Positions 37,992-51,214 of a DNA stretch of 64,000 nucleotides are shown here, piece by piece. This DNA comes from Eledone cirrhosa (Eukaryota), in the NCBI GenBank assembly GCA_964016885.1, contig OZ024744.1, forward strand, positions 97,402,001 through 97,466,000, given 5' to 3'. Under the pieces are notes generated by a model. The model had not been told where the DNA came from. It did no database searches and saw nothing but the letters and a program-made list of their open reading frames with translations. Numbering within the stretch: position 1 is the first letter of the stretch; each line of letters opens with the position of its first letter. Position numbers and translations under genes: made by a program.

Positions 37992-39204
37992 ACATATTGA
38001 GACACTAACCCATCCTATTTATTTTATTACTTATAGGATTTCTAGTAATGTACTTTATCATTTAGTTTACATATTGAGACACTAACCCATCCTATTTATT
38101 TTATTACTTATAGGATTTCTAGTAATGTACTTTATCATTTAGTTTACATATTGAGACACTAACCCATCCTATTTATTTTATAACTTATAGGATATCTAGT
38201 AATGTACTTTATCATTTAGTTTACATATTGAGACACTAACCCATCCTATTTATTTTATTACTTATAGGATTTCTAGTAATGTACTTTATCATTTAGTTTA
38301 CATATTGAGACACTAACCCATCCTATTTATTTTATTACTTATAGGATTTCTAGTAATGTACTTTATCATTTAGTTTACATATTGAGACACTAACCCATCC
38401 TATTTATTTTATAACTTATAGGATATCTAGTAATGTACTTTATCATTTAGTTTACATATTGAGACACTAACCCATCCTATTTATTTTATAACTTATAGGA
38501 TATCTAGTAATGTACTTTATCATTTAGTCACATATTGAGACACTAACCCATCCTATTTATTTTATTACTTATAGGATATCTAGTAATGTACTTTATCATT
38601 TAGTTTACATATTGAGACTAACCCATCCTATTTATTTTATAACTTATAGGATATCTAGTAATGTACTTTATCATTTAGTTTACATATTGAGACACTAACC
38701 CATCCTATTTATTTTATAACTTATAGGATATCTAGTAATGTACTTTATCATTTAGTTTACATATTGAGACACTAACCCATCCTATTTATTTTATAACTTA
38801 TAGGATTTCTAGTAATGTACTTTATCATTTAGTTTACATATTGAGACACTAACCCATCCTAATTATTTTATAACTTATAGGATATCTAGTAATGTACTTT
38901 ATCATTTAGTTTACATATTGAGACTAACCCATCCTATTTATTTTATAACTTATAGGATATCTAGTAATGTACTTTATCATTTAGTTTACATATTGAGACA
39001 CTAACCCATCCTATTTATTTTATAACTTATAGGATTTCTAGTAATGTACTTTATCATTTAGTTTACATATTGAGACACTAACCCATCCTAATTATTTTAT
39101 AACTTATAGGATTTCTAGTAATGTACTTTATCATTTAGTTTACATATTGAGACTAACCCATCCTAATTATTTTATAACTTATAGGATATCTAGTAATGTA
39201 CTTT
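37992..39204 (+). repeat. 77 bp AT-rich tandem satellite, ~16 copies
   Basis: ACATATTGAGACACTAACCCATCC recurs every 75-77 bp. Confidence 0.95.
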
Positions 39205-39231
39205 TTTTTGTCATGTATAATGTTTTTTTAA

Positions 39232-39452
39232 CCCATTATCATTTACATTACTCTATATTTACTATTGTATTTCCATGGCAAAGGCTTTATCTTACATAAT
39301 TATCTCACATAATATTGAATCTACAAGATTTTTATGTTACATATTTTGAGAACAATACCTTAATGTAGGTATGAGCGGCAAGCTACAGCCGGTTTAAAGA
39401 GAAATAGGTGAGAGAGTTATGGCCAGATACGACTGGTTTAAATGCTAAAGGG
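39232..39452. mobile_element. piggyBac-like MITE; partial copy at 56235-56438
   Basis: TTAA on both sides; TIR CCCATTATCATTTA / TAAATGCTAAAGGG. Confidence 0.65.
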
Positions 39453-40134
39453 TTAATGTATAAAGATAATTAATTGTTGCAGGAATGTTACCAATTAAAA
39501 TAAAATTTGATTAGTAAAATTTGATAAGTGTGGCTTGCTTGGAATAAAAGCAGGGGTGGAGTGGAAAAAAAACCCTGAAAAGTTAATTGTTTCTACTTTT
39601 GGCATAAGGCCAGCAATTTACCCAGTGCATTACTGGTACTTTATTTTATCGACCCCGTAAGGATGAAAGGTAAAATTAACCTAGACGTGAAAAATTAACA
39701 AGGGAGAAGCAGAGGGTATTATTCGAGACCCGAGGGTATCAGTCTCACCAAACTATGTTTCATAGCTATTTAGATTGGTGTGTTAATAACTCAGTCCAAG
39801 GCCCCTGGTTAATATATGTAAAAATATTACTGTATCATCAAATTTCACAAACTTCAATGACTGGTGGTGGAAGACTGTTTTTATTGATATGCTTAATAAA
39901 TAAAAAAAACATCATTGTCATACACATACTTACACACATATACACATATACATATACACCCATACACATATACATATACACCCATACACACATACATATA
40001 CATACATGCACACACATGCACATACATGCATACACGCATGCATACACATACATTCATACATACACACACACACACATACATACATACATACATACATACA
40101 TACATACATACATACATACATACATACATACATA

Positions 40135-40196
40135 CATGATGATGGCTGCCCCCTCGTTATCGAGTATGGCCATTGCACGAGAAGAAAAAAAATAAA

Positions 40197-40227
<31 letters not shown>

Positions 40228-40526
40228 TAAAAAGAAAAAAAAAAATAAAAATAAAAATAAAAATAAAAATAAAAATAAAAAAAAAAAATAAAAAAAAAAA
40301 AAATAATAATAATAATAAATAAATAAATAAATAAAAAAAAGAAAAGAAAAAAAGAAATATATATATATATATATACATACACATACACTCACACATATAC
40401 ACACACATACATTAATAACAATAATAATAATAATAATAATAATAATAGCAATAATAATAATAACGACAACAACAATAATAATATACATATTCATATATAT
40501 ATACACACACACGCACGCACATAAGC

Positions 40527-40625
<99 letters not shown>

Positions 40626-43600
40626 CACACACACGATAGCAACTAACAGTGCTGCGATCGAATGTGGCTTTTTAGCCCAGCCAATGATCTAAAATGTCTT
40701 GCACAGAGTCGGCAACCAAAACATTCACTGGGAATAGTCGGCTGTGGTTGGAGTTCGTGTACTTTTGCATGTCGCTTGAGCTCTCCTGCTGATTTACATT
40801 CTCTACCACATGTTTGGCAAGCATGATGAGTAGCATCTCCAACAGCAGCCTGGTAGTCAACCACTGGTCTTACTTTATGACTGCGAAGATGACTTTCGAG
40901 TCCAGCTTTGCTTAGGCAGAGTCTCGCACAGACGCTGCATGTCAGCACCATAGGAGGACCCTCGCCATCTGGAAGTGCAACAGCAATGCCCTTCCTCACG
41001 TCCCGCTTTACTTTCTCGTGTGCGATTCGAGATGCCTCAAAGGCAACTTTTCCCTCATATACAGTCTTTCTCCATTTATTACGATCAGCAGCAATATTTT
41101 CCCATGTATCAGCAGAGATGTTAGCGTCTTTCAGAGAGGCTTTCAAGGAATCCTTATACCTCTTTTTTGGTTTATGTGGCGGTCGTTTTCCTTTAACCAA
41201 CTCTCCATAGAAGAGTTGTTTTGGTATTCTAGAATCCTTCATCCTGGCAAGGTGACCACCCCAACGGAGTCGTTGCTTAAGCACAAGAGCTTCTATACTG
41301 TCATACATAGAGCTTTCCAAAATCTCGACATCACTGATGTGGTCCCTCCAGTGAACGCCATGGATCCGTCTGAGACACATCTGATGGAAACGCTCCAATT
41401 GCTTAAGGTGACGTCGATATGTGACCCAGGTCTCGCAGGCATAAAGAAGACAAGAGAGTACACATGCCCTGTACACCTTTACCTTTGTCCTCCTGCATAT
41501 GTCTCGCCGACCCCAGAGTCGCCTTTCTAGCTTTCCGAAAGCATCACTTGCTTTCCTAATCCTAAGTGAGATTTCACTGTCAAGGTTGCTGTCTCGATTG
41601 ACAGTGCTTCCCAGGTAGACAAACTGATCAACCACTCCAAGTCGTTTGCCATACACATAGATGTTTGGTTCAGTGTACTGCTTACTAGGGGCAGGTTGGT
41701 ACATGACGACGGTTTTCTTGAGACTGACAGTCAAACCCAGGGCAGTGCAAGCGTCAGAAAATGCATTCAAAATGTGCTGCATATCACTCTCTGTGTGCGC
41801 TACAAGATCGCAATCATCTGCATACAAGAGGTCTCTTATGACTGATGTAAATACTTTTGTCTTCGCAGCAAAGCGCCTGATGTTAAATATGCTGCCTGAG
41901 GTTCGATATCGGATGTAAACACCATGCTCGCAATTCCTGAATGCAATACAGAAAACCATTGCAAAGTATATGGCAAACAGGGTCGGTGCTGGAATATCCC
42001 CCTGTTTCACTCCATTTTTTACTGAGATAGGCTCCGACATTAACCCAAGCCTTCATGTCGGCATGGAAAGACCTAACTAAAGCAAGGAACTTATCAGGGC
42101 AACCAAGTTTCTGGAGAACCTTCCATAATGCATCTCTGTTAACAGTATCGAAAGCCTTTTTCAGATCGACAAAAATCTGATACAGATCCAAGCCTTGTTC
42201 AATGCACTTCTCCTGGAGCTGTCTAGCTGAGAAGATCATATCAGTAGTGCCGCGTCCAGCACGAAAACCAGATTGACTTTCAGGAAGAACACAATCTGCA
42301 ATGTGTGTCAGCAGACGGTCCAGAAGCACCCTACATAAAACTTTCCCTACGACAGAAAGCAATGATATACCTCTGTAGTTCCCACAATCATTCCTGTTAC
42401 CCTTTCCCTTGTACAAGACCACCATTACTGCATCTCTCCAGTCCTCAGGCACGGATTCATTAGCCCATATCCTTCCAAACAAAGAGTGAAGATGTTGCAG
42501 GAGTCTCTCACCACCATATTGTAGGAGCTCAGCATGTATGCCATCCATACCTGGAGATCTTCCACTGTTCAGCTTCGAAATAGCCACTGCAACCTCCACA
42601 AGCGTCGGAGGTTCTGCGAGAGCTACTTTCACAGGACTTTCCGGAATGAGATTGAGGAAATCTTCACTGACGACAGACGGCTGATTCAAAAGATCATCAA
42701 AGTGCTCTCGCCACCTTCGTAGAATTCCCTGTGAGTCACGAAGAAGTTCTTTGCCATCCTTACTGCGAAGCGGTGTCACCAGAGAAAAAGACGGTCCATA
42801 AACCCCACGCAAGAGACTGTACAACAGCTTTGTGTTATTGCAATCAGACGCAGTTTGTATCTCACCAGCCTTCTCACTCCACCACTGATCCTTCATCTGA
42901 GAAAGACTCGGCCTAACACGTGATTTTACATCCCTGAGCTCCTCATGCAACGTATTCCTCTCCCGTGGCTTTGCCGTCAAGTAGCGTGACAGAGCACGCC
43001 TCTTATCAGCCAACAAGTCTTCTATATGTACATCATTCTCATTAAACCAGTCCTGATGTTTTCTCTGCACCAATCCCAGAACACGTCTGCCTACATCATA
43101 AACCGACTTTTTAAGGGTCGGCCAATCCTCACCAAGATCTGCAGCCTGCATCTCTTCTTCCAATGTCCTCTTCACATTTTTATCCTTAAGACGAGCAGCA
43201 TTCAATCTTTTGGGCAGGGTAACACCAGGAGCCCGGATTTTACGTTTGGTGATTAGATTCACTTTTGCGCGTACCAGGCGGTGGTCCGTCCAGCACTCAG
43301 CTCCACGAAGAACACGAACACACTGCACATCCTGTCTGTCACGCATCCTGACTAGGACGTAGTCCAAAAGATGCCATTCCTTAGATGCAGGATGCATCCA
43401 TGTGGTCTTGAATTTGTTCTTTTGTTGGAACATGGTGTTGGTAACACACAGATCCAGCTCCTCACACATCTGCAGCAAGAGCATACCATTGCTGTTACAC
43501 TTTCCCACCCATGCCTTCCGATTACATTCCATGTGTTAAAATCCCTACCCACTCTGGCATTAAAGTCACCAAGCACGATGACTTTGTCTGCCTGAGGGAT

Positions 43601-44180
43601 ATTTCTTAGAACACCTTTCAAGGCATGGTAAAAGGACAGTTTTTCTTCATCGACAGAATTCATAGTTGGAGCATACACACTCACCAGGGTAGCATATCTT
43701 CCCTTGTCCAGTGGAACTCTCATGGACATAAGACGCTCACTAATCCCTATTGGGAATTCTTCTAATTTATTCACAAGTACAGTCTTAACAGCAAATCCTA
43801 CCCCAGCCTCTCTTCTGGTTCCTTCATCTCTTCCTTTCCAGAAGAATGTATATTCTCCACAAAATTCTGTAAGATGACCATCTCCAGCTAACCTCGTCTC
43901 AGATAAAGCCACGATGTCAAGATCGTAACGTCGAAGCTCCTTTGCAACAAGAGCGGTCCTTCGTTCAGGACGCTCCAAAGAATCCCTGTCAAGCAGCGTC
44001 CGTACGTTCCAGCAGCCAAGACTAAATGCCTTGTTTGGCTCTATTACAATGGCATGATGATGGGCGGGCCCAGGTTGTGATAACTTGGGGCCCCTGCCCT
44101 TATTGCCAATTATCTTTTTTGTTCCAGAACCTAAATTGGCAATTATCTCGTTTACATTGTTCTGGAACATCATTGAATTG

Positions 44181-44213
<33 letters not shown>

Positions 44214-44675
44214 TAATAATAGTAATAATAATAATAATAATAGTACACTATTAATAATTATTAATGCATTCGTGCAATGCCTGTGCGTGACGAATATTTT
44301 TAAAGTGAGGAAAGACTGTGCACTGAGCCAATCCCACTCTCTGAGCGACAGTAGCTATAACCCGAAAAGAAGAAAAGATCAACATCATCGGTAACTACTG
44401 AGCCGCAGGTTTTATGTCGGAGTTAACCCAGTTTCCTGAGATGCCTTCTCCTAGAAGAATGCCCTGACAAGGGCTAGGGGTTCTTCACTCCCAGTGGTTT
44501 AACTGCACGATCGGGCATCCAGCCCGATTATTTCTATGTCCCCGCGCACAAAAAAAAAAAAAAAAAATCACTTATTGACACTTATACGTACGACATACAC
44601 ACACACGCATACATATGCGCGCACACAGCAACACTTATACATACAACAAACACACACACGCTACTCTACTCACTT

Positions 44676-44711
<36 letters not shown>

Positions 44712-45688
44712 TACCGTCATTACTGATACAAGATTACAAGATTATGTCAACTGTTGACTTTCAAGAGTTTGTATAGTTGAAGCCGATCGTATTAGGGAGC
44801 TTATAGATAGGACAACACACGCTGTCTTTTCGTGGGGTAAGTTTTTAATTAATTTTTGTATTCTGAAACATCAAAATACAACAAATTGTTGGTCACTGGA
44901 CTCGGGAATGTCACGACAGAAGTTTGTGGAAGTTACACAAATATTTTAGTATATTTTAGCAGAGCAATCCTTATTTATATTTTACATTTTACATTTACTT
45001 ACATCTCAATATAACATGGCTAAAATTCAAATTTTGCAAAGAGAAGAAAACGGTCAAATGAACTAGATACATCTCACTGTCCCCACCACCACAATAACGT
45101 CTACACTCCCTCTCCACCATCACATGGCATTACCCTATCTAGACTAAAGTCATCGACCTGTTGTCAAACTCACTACTCTCTGTTGAATGTGTATATATAT
45201 ATATATGTATGTATATGTGTGTATATACATCACTCAGTCAAACGACTAGATTTCAACCCAAACAACTACAACAACAACAACACCGGCACTAATGTTTACA
45301 GCAACAACAGCTTCAGAATGAACTGAAATGAACATTTACAACAATTACAACAACAACAACAACAACAGCGGCATCAAAACATAAAAAAAGGAAGGGAAAA
45401 GAAAAAAGAAAAGGAGAAGGGGAAAAAAAAAGAAAAGAAAAAAAAAAACTAACAAAACGTACACACACACACACAACACAACAACAACATCAACTGCCAC
45501 CACCACCACCACCACCGCCGCCATCACCATCACCAGCGACCTGGCCTTAAGAAAACAACTTTAATAATAATTTTTCTGCTTTTGGCACGGATCCAGCGAC
45601 TGGTCCAGCGCATCACTGGTACTCTCTTTTGTTGACTCCGTGGAGAGCCATAACTCTATGCTGTAAAGCAATTATAGTAATACTGGAC
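40135..45688 (-). mobile_element. RTE-clade LINE copy B with non-inverted composite leader
   Basis: Highly similar to copy A throughout; bounded by CATA-type tracts. Confidence 0.9.
40643..44173 (-). pseudogene. Frameshifted RTE polyprotein (1 bp deletion near 43508; 14 bp deletion near 42040)
   Basis: ORF split into 43352-44248, 41883-43532 and 40643-42040; the 14 bp loss lies between CTCCGACAT direct repeats. Confidence 0.92.
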
Positions 45689-46084
45689 ATACAAACATAC
45701 ATACATACACACATTCACACACATACATACACTCACACATATACACACTCGCACACACATACACATACATGCATACACACATGCATACATACACATTCAT
45801 ACATACACACACACATACATACATACATACATACATACACACATACACATATACGCACACATACACACACATACATACACACACACATATACACACACTC
45901 GCACACATGCACATACATACATACACACTCAACTATATCTATCACTTATATATAATTTTGGAATTGTTTATTTCTGTTTGAGAGAGAGAGGGGTGGGGAG
46001 AGAAAGAGAGGAGATAGGGGAAGAGAAGGGAGAAAGAAAGAGTGAGGGGCTGAGAGAGAGGGAGAGAGAGGTGTGTGTGAGGAA

Positions 46085-46335
46085 GAGAGAGTGGGGGAAA
46101 GAGAAAGGGAGAGAATGAGATAGGGGGAGGGAAAGAGAGAGGGAGGGAATGAGATAGGGGGAGGGAAAGAGAAAGGGAGGGAATGAGATAGGGGGAGGGA
46201 CAGAGAAAGGGAGGGAATGAGATAGGGGGAGGGAAAGAGAAAGGGAGGGAATGAGATAGGGGGAGGGAAAGAGAAAGGGAGGGAATGAGATAGGGGGAGG
46301 GAAAGAGAAAGGGGGGGGAATGAGATAGGGGGAGG
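46085..46335 (+). repeat. 34 bp purine-rich minisatellite
   Basis: Unit GGGAGGGAAAGAGAAAGGGAGGGAATGAGATAGG. Confidence 0.9.
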
Positions 46336-46475
46336 GGTGGAAAGGGAGAGTGTAGGGAGAGATGGGGAGAGAGGGGGTAGTTGGGGAGGCAGCAATACCA
46401 TTCTTTTTTTTTTTGTCTTTTAATCTCATATCTTTATATCTTTAAGGAAATCAACTGTATTCTTCCTGTGTGAAT

Positions 46476-47075
46476 AATAATGTTTCTACTTCTGGCACAA
46501 GGCCAGTAATTACCCCCAGTGTATTACTGGTACTTTATATTATAAACCCTGAAGGATGAAAGGCAAAGTTAACCTCGGCGGCGGGATTTGAACTCAGACC
46601 ATAAAGGGGTGTAACTCTTTGCTGGAAAGCATGGTGTCCGATGCTCTACTGATACTGCCAATAATAATGGTTTCTACTTTAGGCACAAGGCCAGTAATTT
46701 CCCAGTGTATTACTGGTACTTTATTTTATCGACCCCGGAAGGATGAAAGGCAAAGTTAACCTCGGCGGCGGGATTTGAACTCAGACCGTAAAGGGACGTA
46801 GCTCTATGCTGGAAAGCATGGTATCCGACCCTCTACCGATACTGCCAATCTACCGCCCTTAATAATGGTTTCTTATTTAGGCACAAAGCCATCAATTTGG
46901 GGAGGGGAGAAAGTCGATTAAATCAACCCCCAGTGCGTGACTGGTACTTTATTTTATCGACCCGGTAAGGATGAAAGGCAAAGTTAAGCTCGGCGAGATT
47001 TGAACTCAGACCGTAAAAGGACGTAACTCTATGCTGGAAAGCATAGAGTCCGACTCTCTACCGATACTGCCAATT
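46476..47075 (-). mobile_element. Three tandem tRNA-derived Nin-like SINE copies
   Basis: Same family as 32130-32812. Confidence 0.8.
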
Positions 47076-47293
47076 ATAATATTACTTACTATATGTAGAT
47101 GAAGTGAATTAGTTTAAACTGAGAATCGAACTGGTTTATAGAAAAACTTGACAAATATTGATCTATTTTTTTTTTGTGTATTTTGTTTTGTTTTGTTTAG
47201 GTTTCTTTTGTTTGCTTGTTATTTTTTTTTGTTCGTTGTTTTTGTTTTTTCATCTCTAATGTGTGTACTTTATATATATGTATACGTATAGAC

Positions 47294-48035
47294 CAACAAG
47301 CGGTCCAAGGGCCACAATCCGGCCCGCCTGACCAGTCAGAGTGGCCCGCGATGACCATTTTTAATTTTTACCTTGTAGGTTTATTTAGAATGTTTTATTG
47401 TAACCGTAATACAATTTTCTGTTAGTTGACCTATACTAAAGGGCTTCACTGATAGGGTTATGTGTGTTATAATTTCCCAGTTACATGTTATGGAAAGAAG
47501 TTGTGGTGAATCTTTGGAATAGTGCTTAATAAATATTACTGGCCCTATACGTGTTCTGATAGGGTTATGTGTGTTATAATTTCCCAGTTCCATGTTATGG
47601 AAAGAAGTTGTGGTGAATCTTTGGAATAGTGTTTAATAAATATTACTGACCCTAATAGTTGTTCTGTTAGGGTTATGTGTGTTATAATTTCCCAGTTACA
47701 TGTTATGGAAAGAAGTTGTGGTAAATCTTTGGAATAGTGCTTAATAAATATTACTGGCCCTAATAGTTGTTCTGATAGGGTTATGTGTGTTATAATAATT
47801 TCCCAGTTCCATGTTATGGAAAGAAGTTGTGGTGAATCTTTGGAATAGTGTTTAATAAATATTACTGGCCCTAATAGTTGTTCTGATAGGGTTACGTGTG
47901 TTATAATTTCCAAGTTACATGTTATGGAAAAAGTTGTGGTTTTCATTAGATTACATATTTTTGACAGTGACTGGCCCTAACAGTTGTTCCAATGTTCAAA
48001 AGTGGCCTGCCAACGGAATATGTTGCACACCCCTG
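47294..48035 (+). mobile_element. Non-autonomous hAT (Charlie-like) element containing ~4.5 copies of a ~108 bp repeat (47451-47940)
   Basis: GGCCCG subterminal motifs; right end GTTGCACACCCCTG; left TIR degenerate. Confidence 0.55.
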
Positions 48036-48043
48036 ATATAGAA

Positions 48044-48320
48044 CATCCAATCCACACTAAAGTGGTCGTGTAGATGACATGACAAAAAGCACCTAGTCCA
48101 CACTATAAAGTCGTCATGTAGGACACATAGTAAAAAGGCATCCAGTCCACACTGTAAATGTGGTCGGTGTTAGGAAGGGCATCCAGCCGTAGAAAACCTG
48201 CCAGAGACAGTCTTATACGTGTGAGACACGATCACCTGATCAATCTTGCCTCAAGTGGGACAATTCCCGTCCAACCCATGCTAGCATGCAAGATAGACAT
48301 TAAACGATGATGATGATGAT
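48044..48320 (+). mobile_element. Non-autonomous RTE derivative with (GAT)n tail; copies at 52300-52495, 55316-55575, 58275-58440 (-), 58890-59150 (-)
   Basis: GGTGTTAGGAAGGGCATCCAGC...CCCATGCTAGCATG...TTAAACGATGATG; the same 5' motif precedes the endonuclease ORF at 63567-63660. Confidence 0.75.
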
Positions 48321-48543
48321 GATATATATATATATATATAGGAAAAAGTTCAGGACCCCGATGGCAGAGCTCAAGCCGTATTGACGGCTTGAGCTCTAAC
48401 GTCGGTGTCCTAAACTTTTTCCTATTACCAACTCTACTACCCAAAGTATCGAGTACTCTGGTACGTTATGGTCCACCTGGTTCCTTACCACACTTCCTTC
48501 ATTATATATACATATATATATATTGGGTTATATATATATATAT

Positions 48544-49101
48544 ATTCTCGTGTAGCACCCATCCACCATCTGAGTGAGTTTCTTGGTCAGTGTCCAAGTC
48601 TCAGACCCGTACAGCATCACAGACTCCACTACAGCAATGAAGAGGTGGATTTTCAGGTCTTTACGAAGGTCCGACTTCCACACCGATCTCAAGCTGTGGC
48701 ACGCCACCCAGGCTTTGCTCTTCCTCTCAACCACATCATCTTCCGTATTCCCAATCTTTGCTCCCAAATACAGGATGGTTCTGAACATTAATCAGTATAC
48801 ACTGGGGATGAAAAACTCAGAGCTGTATGGGAGCCTCCCAAAAGTCAGCGCAAAAGTGACACAGAGGAGACTGAGGGTAGCTGGACATGCTCAACAACAT
48901 CCAGTGTTGACATTGCACTCAGTGCTCCTGTGGGAGCCCCTACATGGACACACTGGAAGAGGAAGACCAAAGTTAACGTATGTTGATGCTCTAAGGACAG
49001 ACACTGGTCGGTTGGAGACGCAGGACATGGCAGCGATAATGAGGGACAGAGACCGCTGGAGAGAACTCGTCCATGGATCTCAGGAATTTTACCCGCCCTA
49101 G
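48544..49101 (+). mobile_element. RTE-like 3' fragment with inverted 5' part (48544-48772), in (TA)n
   Basis: Minus part: YLGA..VESVMLYGSETWTL; plus part: QRRLRVAGH..GRGRPKL. Confidence 0.82.
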
Positions 49102-49114
49102 AATATATATATAT

Positions 49115-49208
49115 ATTGGGCCGTCAAGTATGAAATTTGTAGATATTTCGTTTTTTTCTTCATAAATATTACTGGCCCTAATACAAATTTCATACTTAAC
49201 GACCCAAT
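49115..49208. mobile_element. ~90 bp mariner-type MITE in TA; second copy at 58136-58219
   Basis: TIR TTGGG(C/T)CGTCAAGTATGAAATTTGTA at both ends. Confidence 0.7.
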
Positions 49209-49566
49209 ATATATATATTTTTTTTCCCATAATAATGAACTCTTTGCCTTGTGATGTGTTGTAATGAAACACATGATATACCACAACTTGCCACATTTAC
49301 TATGTCGGAGTGCACAAATATATAATCATTTTCCTAAAAGAATGAATATAATTAAACAGTGGGGCAAGTGAAATCGGCAGAAAATAAAACACAGTTCATT
49401 GATTTCTTGTTCAATTTAAATGTTTCTGCTTATTTAAGACTATCTCAAATGATAATTACAAATGAAGAAAAAGCTTTTCTGCTGGTTTTGGTTTCTGTCG
49501 TCGTACAGAAAGATGTCAAATATGGAAACAAGCAGTCGCTGGTTGTAATCATCCTATTGAAGGGAA

Positions 49567-50090
49567 GCAAAGAACTGTTCTTTGTGGTTCCACTTTATGT
49601 AACCAAAGTCTCTGGTTACTATCATCTTGTAGAAGAAAATAACTGGTCTTTGTGGTTCCACTTTATGTAACCAAAGTCTCTGCTTTTCTTCTACAAGATG
49701 ATAGTAACCAGAGACTTTGGTTACATAAAGTGGAACCACAAAGAACAGTTCTTTTCTTCTACAAGATGATAGTAACCAGAGACTTTCGTTACATAAAGTG
49801 GATCTGCAAAGAACAGTTATTTTCTTCTACAAGATGATAGTAACCAGAGACTTTGGTTAGATAAAGTGGAACCACAAAGAACAGTTCTTTTCTTCTACAA
49901 GATGATAGTAACCAGAGACTTTGGTTACATAAAGTGGAACCACAAAGAACAGTTCTTTTCTTCTACAAGATGATAGTAACCAGAGACTTTGGTTACATAA
50001 AGTGGAACCACAAAGAACAGTTCTTTTCTTCTACAAGATGATAGTAACCAAAGATCTGTTCTTTGCGGTTCCAATTTATATACCCAAAGT
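49567..50090. repeat. 68 bp tandem repeat with two orientation switches
   Basis: CTACAAGATG at 49691, 49759, 49827, 49895, 49963 and 50031; reverse units at 49567-49682 and 50051-50090. Confidence 0.9.
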
Positions 50091-50131
50091 CGCTGCCAGA
50101 ATGCTGTTTTCTTATTAGCTATTATTGTATG

Positions 50132-50451
50132 CAGGGCCGGATTTAATGCTGAGGGAAGCAAAGGGGGTAATTACCCCAGGCACCCTGCAGTGGAGGCGGA
50201 GGTTCCACCAGTGATAGCCATACCAATATATTTTTGCCTTCAGCTGAGCTTTTTAGTTTTAGGATGGTTACATTTTTTTAATGTAATACCTGTATGTATA
50301 ACTTTTCAATTCCAATTACTTGGGCCAAGTTGACTGTGATATGTAAAACTGGGGGTTTGCTGTGTATTCTAATTTTTTGTGTATGAAGTTGATGAAAATG
50401 AGGATGATGATGATGAAGTTGATGAAAATGATGATGGTAATGATGATAATA

Positions 50452-50482
<31 letters not shown>

Positions 50483-50659
50483 CGATGATGATGATGATGA
50501 TGATGATGATGGTGATGATTATGATGATGATGATCATAATGAAGATGATGATGATGATAATGAAAATGATGATGATGATTATTTGTGACTACTTTGGCTT
50601 GACTGCAAAACAAACTGAAGAACCCTGCCCCCACCCCAAGGTCTAAATCCGACCCACTG
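50132..50659 (+). mobile_element. Possible hAT MITE containing a (GAT)n compound repeat
   Basis: CAGGGCCGGATTTA / TAAATCCGACCCACTG; TSD imperfect. Confidence 0.4.
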
Positions 50660-51214
50660 ATTTTACATGTGAACCCACAAATCCTAGTTAAGTTGTAGGG
50701 ATGTTTTGGGGGTATTTTTTAAACCTGGTGAACCCTATAATCTATCTAGCGCTAAACAAAGCCTATTTCTTCTAGAAAAGGAAAGAGAATGATAGAAAGA
50801 AAGTGAGAAAGCGATATAGAGGAAGAAACGGGCCCCGGTATTGAACTGGTACCGTTTTTTTTATCGACCTCGAAAGGCTGAAAAGCAAAGATGACTGTGA
50901 CAGCATTTTAACCCAGAGTGCAGAGAGCTGGAACAAATACTGCAAAGTATTCTACCCAATGTTGTAACAACTCTGCCGACTCTGCCAGTTTGGGGCCTTG
51001 TTAATTAGCTAATAAAACCGATGAAAAACAGGTAAATGGCTAAAGTGCCACCCATTGCATAAGAGTTGCTTCATTCTATGTTTCCAAGCTTTAGTGGATA
51101 TTTCTTGCAGATGTAGTAAACATTTGGATGTGCAATGTTAACTTGCATGAACAATGGGACATAGATAAATTTAAGAGAAAAGGCTGGGTATAAGAGTAAT
51201 CACATGGAAGTACA

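Noticed and set aside
37992-39204. CRISPR-like regular array (also 15693-16087, 47451-47940, 49683-50050)
   Set aside because: Head-to-tail repeats with no unique spacers and no cas genes; eukaryotic context
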